From NCBI RefSeq assembly GCF_009914755.1, contig NC_060934.1: a stretch of 64,000 bases of DNA. One strand, 5' to 3'. A program made the translations under genes and the position numbers. Shown here one piece after another: positions 60,358 through 64,000 of this stretch (its first letter is position 1; each line of letters opens with the position of its first letter). Under the pieces are notes generated by a model. It saw only the letters and a program-made list of their open reading frames with translations. It was not told the origin of the DNA and searched no databases. The DNA comes from the human T2T-CHM13v2.0 reference genome, Homo sapiens.

Positions 60358-60542
60358 GTCCCAGGGAAGCAGGTGGGAAGTGGTGGGGGGTGACAGTCAC
60401 ATGTGGTCTGAGTGGAGGAGGAAGGCCTGATAGCTACTGGGGGAGTGCAGGGGCTAGTTATTAGTAACAGACCTATCTACCCTTTCACTGGGAAACTGAA
60501 ACCCAGTTCCCCTTGTTCATAAAACCTGATCTTCTGTCCCAG

Positions 60543-60604
60543 GACAGCACTGATACAGGACATAGAGAGAGGAAATCGAGGCTGTGAGAGCAGCAGGGAT
60601 ACAG
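60543..60604 (+). CDS. SEMA4G: SEMA4G coding exon 13
   Basis: tcccag|GACAGC...ACAG|gtaagt; TALIQDIERGNRGCESSRDT. Confidence 0.92.
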
Positions 60605-60837
60605 GTAAGTGACTCATATGAGTGTGGGTCTAGCTACGCAGACTGTCCTCTTTGCCATTTACTGCCATGTGTACGTATATGTTTGTATCTGAGTGGCTGT
60701 GGCTATGTACATTTGGTAAGGATGACTCAAACACAGAGCCTGGCACAGAGTAAGTGCTCAACAAACATTTACTGCCCAAATGAATTATAAACTAGGAAAC
60801 ATATTTAAGATGTGAAGTGTCTTGTCACTTCTGGAGC

Positions 60838-60918
60838 TTATAGCCAAGTAGTGGATGACAAGGGTTCAGGACGGTAATGGGTATTTCCCCAAGGAAGATC
60901 GGATGACTGAACTGATAT
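60838..60918 (-). CDS. MRPL43: MRPL43 alternative terminal coding exon (ISVQSSDLPWGNTHYRPEPLSSTTWL*)
   Basis: Minus strand cttttgttctttcttcag|ATATCA...CTATAA; phase 0 fits the 63130 donor. Confidence 0.6.
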   Translation of the reverse strand: MSVQSSDLPWGNTHYRPEPLSSTTWL

Positions 60919-61125
60919 CTGAAGAAAGAACAAAAGTTAATCATCACAGCTAAGATGTATTAAGTATTTACTGTGTGCCAGACACTGATCTAAATACTTC
61001 TATGCATGATGTCATCTACTGTCACAGCATTCTTATGAGAAAGGTGCCATTATTATTATCCCCATGAGGGACCTCTCTGAAGCCCAGGGAGTGTAAGTAA
61101 ATTGCTCAAACTTATTCAGCTATTA

Positions 61126-62190
<1,065 letters not shown>

Positions 62191-62679
62191 GCGAGCAAGA
62201 AAGAGAAGGGAGACTCCCAGGTTTCTGACTTAAGCAACTGTGTGGCTGGTGGTGCCATTCACAGTGGTGGCGATTCAAGGAAAGGACTTGGTGTCGTTGG
62301 GGAGAAAAGCTTTGGTTTTGAGGTGTCCAAGAGACCTCATGTGGAGATGCCCAGCACATGGTAGATATCCGAGTCTGGCACTCAGGAGAGAAGTCTGAGG
62401 TAGAGATTAGGAGTTACTGGCAGATGGCAGAAATTGAAACCACAGGAGAGGATGAGAGCATGGAGAGAGAATGGAAAAGGGCCCAAGGCACTGCCTGCTT
62501 CCTGGGAAGGGCCAACGTGAACCTTCTGTGGAAGCATGAGCACAGAGCCTGGGTCAGCTGTCACTGTGATTCTGGGTTCTGTGCTTGGTGCCAGGGACTT
62601 GGCAGTGAACAGTCTGGCTTGCCATCTCTAATCCCTTCCTGGGACGGGCTGGTACTGACCTCTCCCCCAAACCCCACAG

Positions 62680-63506
<827 letters not shown>

Positions 63507-63864
63507 GCCCAGCCTCCCAGAACAAATGCTCTTCCAAGCCAGCCTATCTGTCCCAGGCTGGGCCACTGCCTCCCTAACACAGCCACCCTCCCTTCATTAC
63601 CCCCACTCCATACCCTTCTCCCAACTTTTTGATGTCCCTGTAGGGCTGGCCAGTCAGGCCCAGCCAAAGCCCCCTCCTCAGTCTCCACAGACCCACATGT
63701 GAGCAGCCCAGGCCCATCGGTGCTCCTCAGAGGTAGGTGCTCCCTCAGGATCAGGTGCCCTGCAGACCCAGAGCCAGTTCCTATCCCCTAACCTAAACAC
63801 TTATAGGTGAGGACTCCATCCTCCTGTTCCATTCATCTGCCCAAACCCTTTCTCTTTCTCCCAG

Positions 63865-64000
63865 GCAGGGCTCTGCAGGTCCATATGGGCTCAATGTCAC
63901 CACCCTCTGCATGGCCCTGTGTGCTGGATGGTCCTGAAACCAGACAAGACCTCTGCCAGCCACCTAAGCCCTGCGTACATTCACATGCACACATGGAAGA
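63865..64000 (+). CDS. SEMA4G: Probable alternative SEMA4G terminal exon (GRALQVHMGSMSPPSAWPCVLDGPETRQDLCQPPKPCVHSHAHME...), runs off the window
   Basis: Strong acceptor ctttctctttctcccag|GC; phase-1 compatible with the donor at 60605; open to the window end; resembles a recalled SEMA4G isoform C-terminus. Confidence 0.6.

Noticed and set aside
62358-62679. N-terminal 107 aa of the 382-aa ORF
   Set aside because: Upstream of the acceptor at 62679; intronic sequence that happens to be open in frame with the SEMA4G last exon

Overview
Mammalian (very probably human, chr10q24) genomic DNA, Alu-dense, not prokaryotic. It holds the 3' part of SLF2/FAM178A on the + strand: 16 coding exons, 3348-41288, reconstructed with consistent GT-AG phases, plus a ~3.2 kb 3'UTR. 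A CpG-island promoter follows, then the complete SEMA4G coding region on + (14 coding exons, 52288-63506, 838 aa by exon sum) with intronic MIR608. Minus-strand exons matching alternative MRPL43 3' ends overlap SEMA4G exons in antisense. Most long ORFs in the supplied track are Alu-derived noise. I found no wholly new gene system. The best leads are: (1) a canonical PIP-box-like motif (QGQLHDFW) at the SLF2 C-terminus, built by the last splice junction and lost in an intron-readthrough isoform; (2) dual-strand coding of SEMA4G/MRPL43, with the antisense transcript probably ending at an LTR-derived poly(A) signal; (3) an HNF4/DR1/DR2 nuclear-receptor array interleaved with nine uATGs in the SEMA4G 5'UTR; (4) a TM-less SEMA4G alternative last exon; (5) local DNA oddities (a double hairpin, a ~205 bp intronic duplication, a templated insertion in an Alu). 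Gene names and exon numbers rest on recalled protein sequences, and repeat boundaries are approximate.
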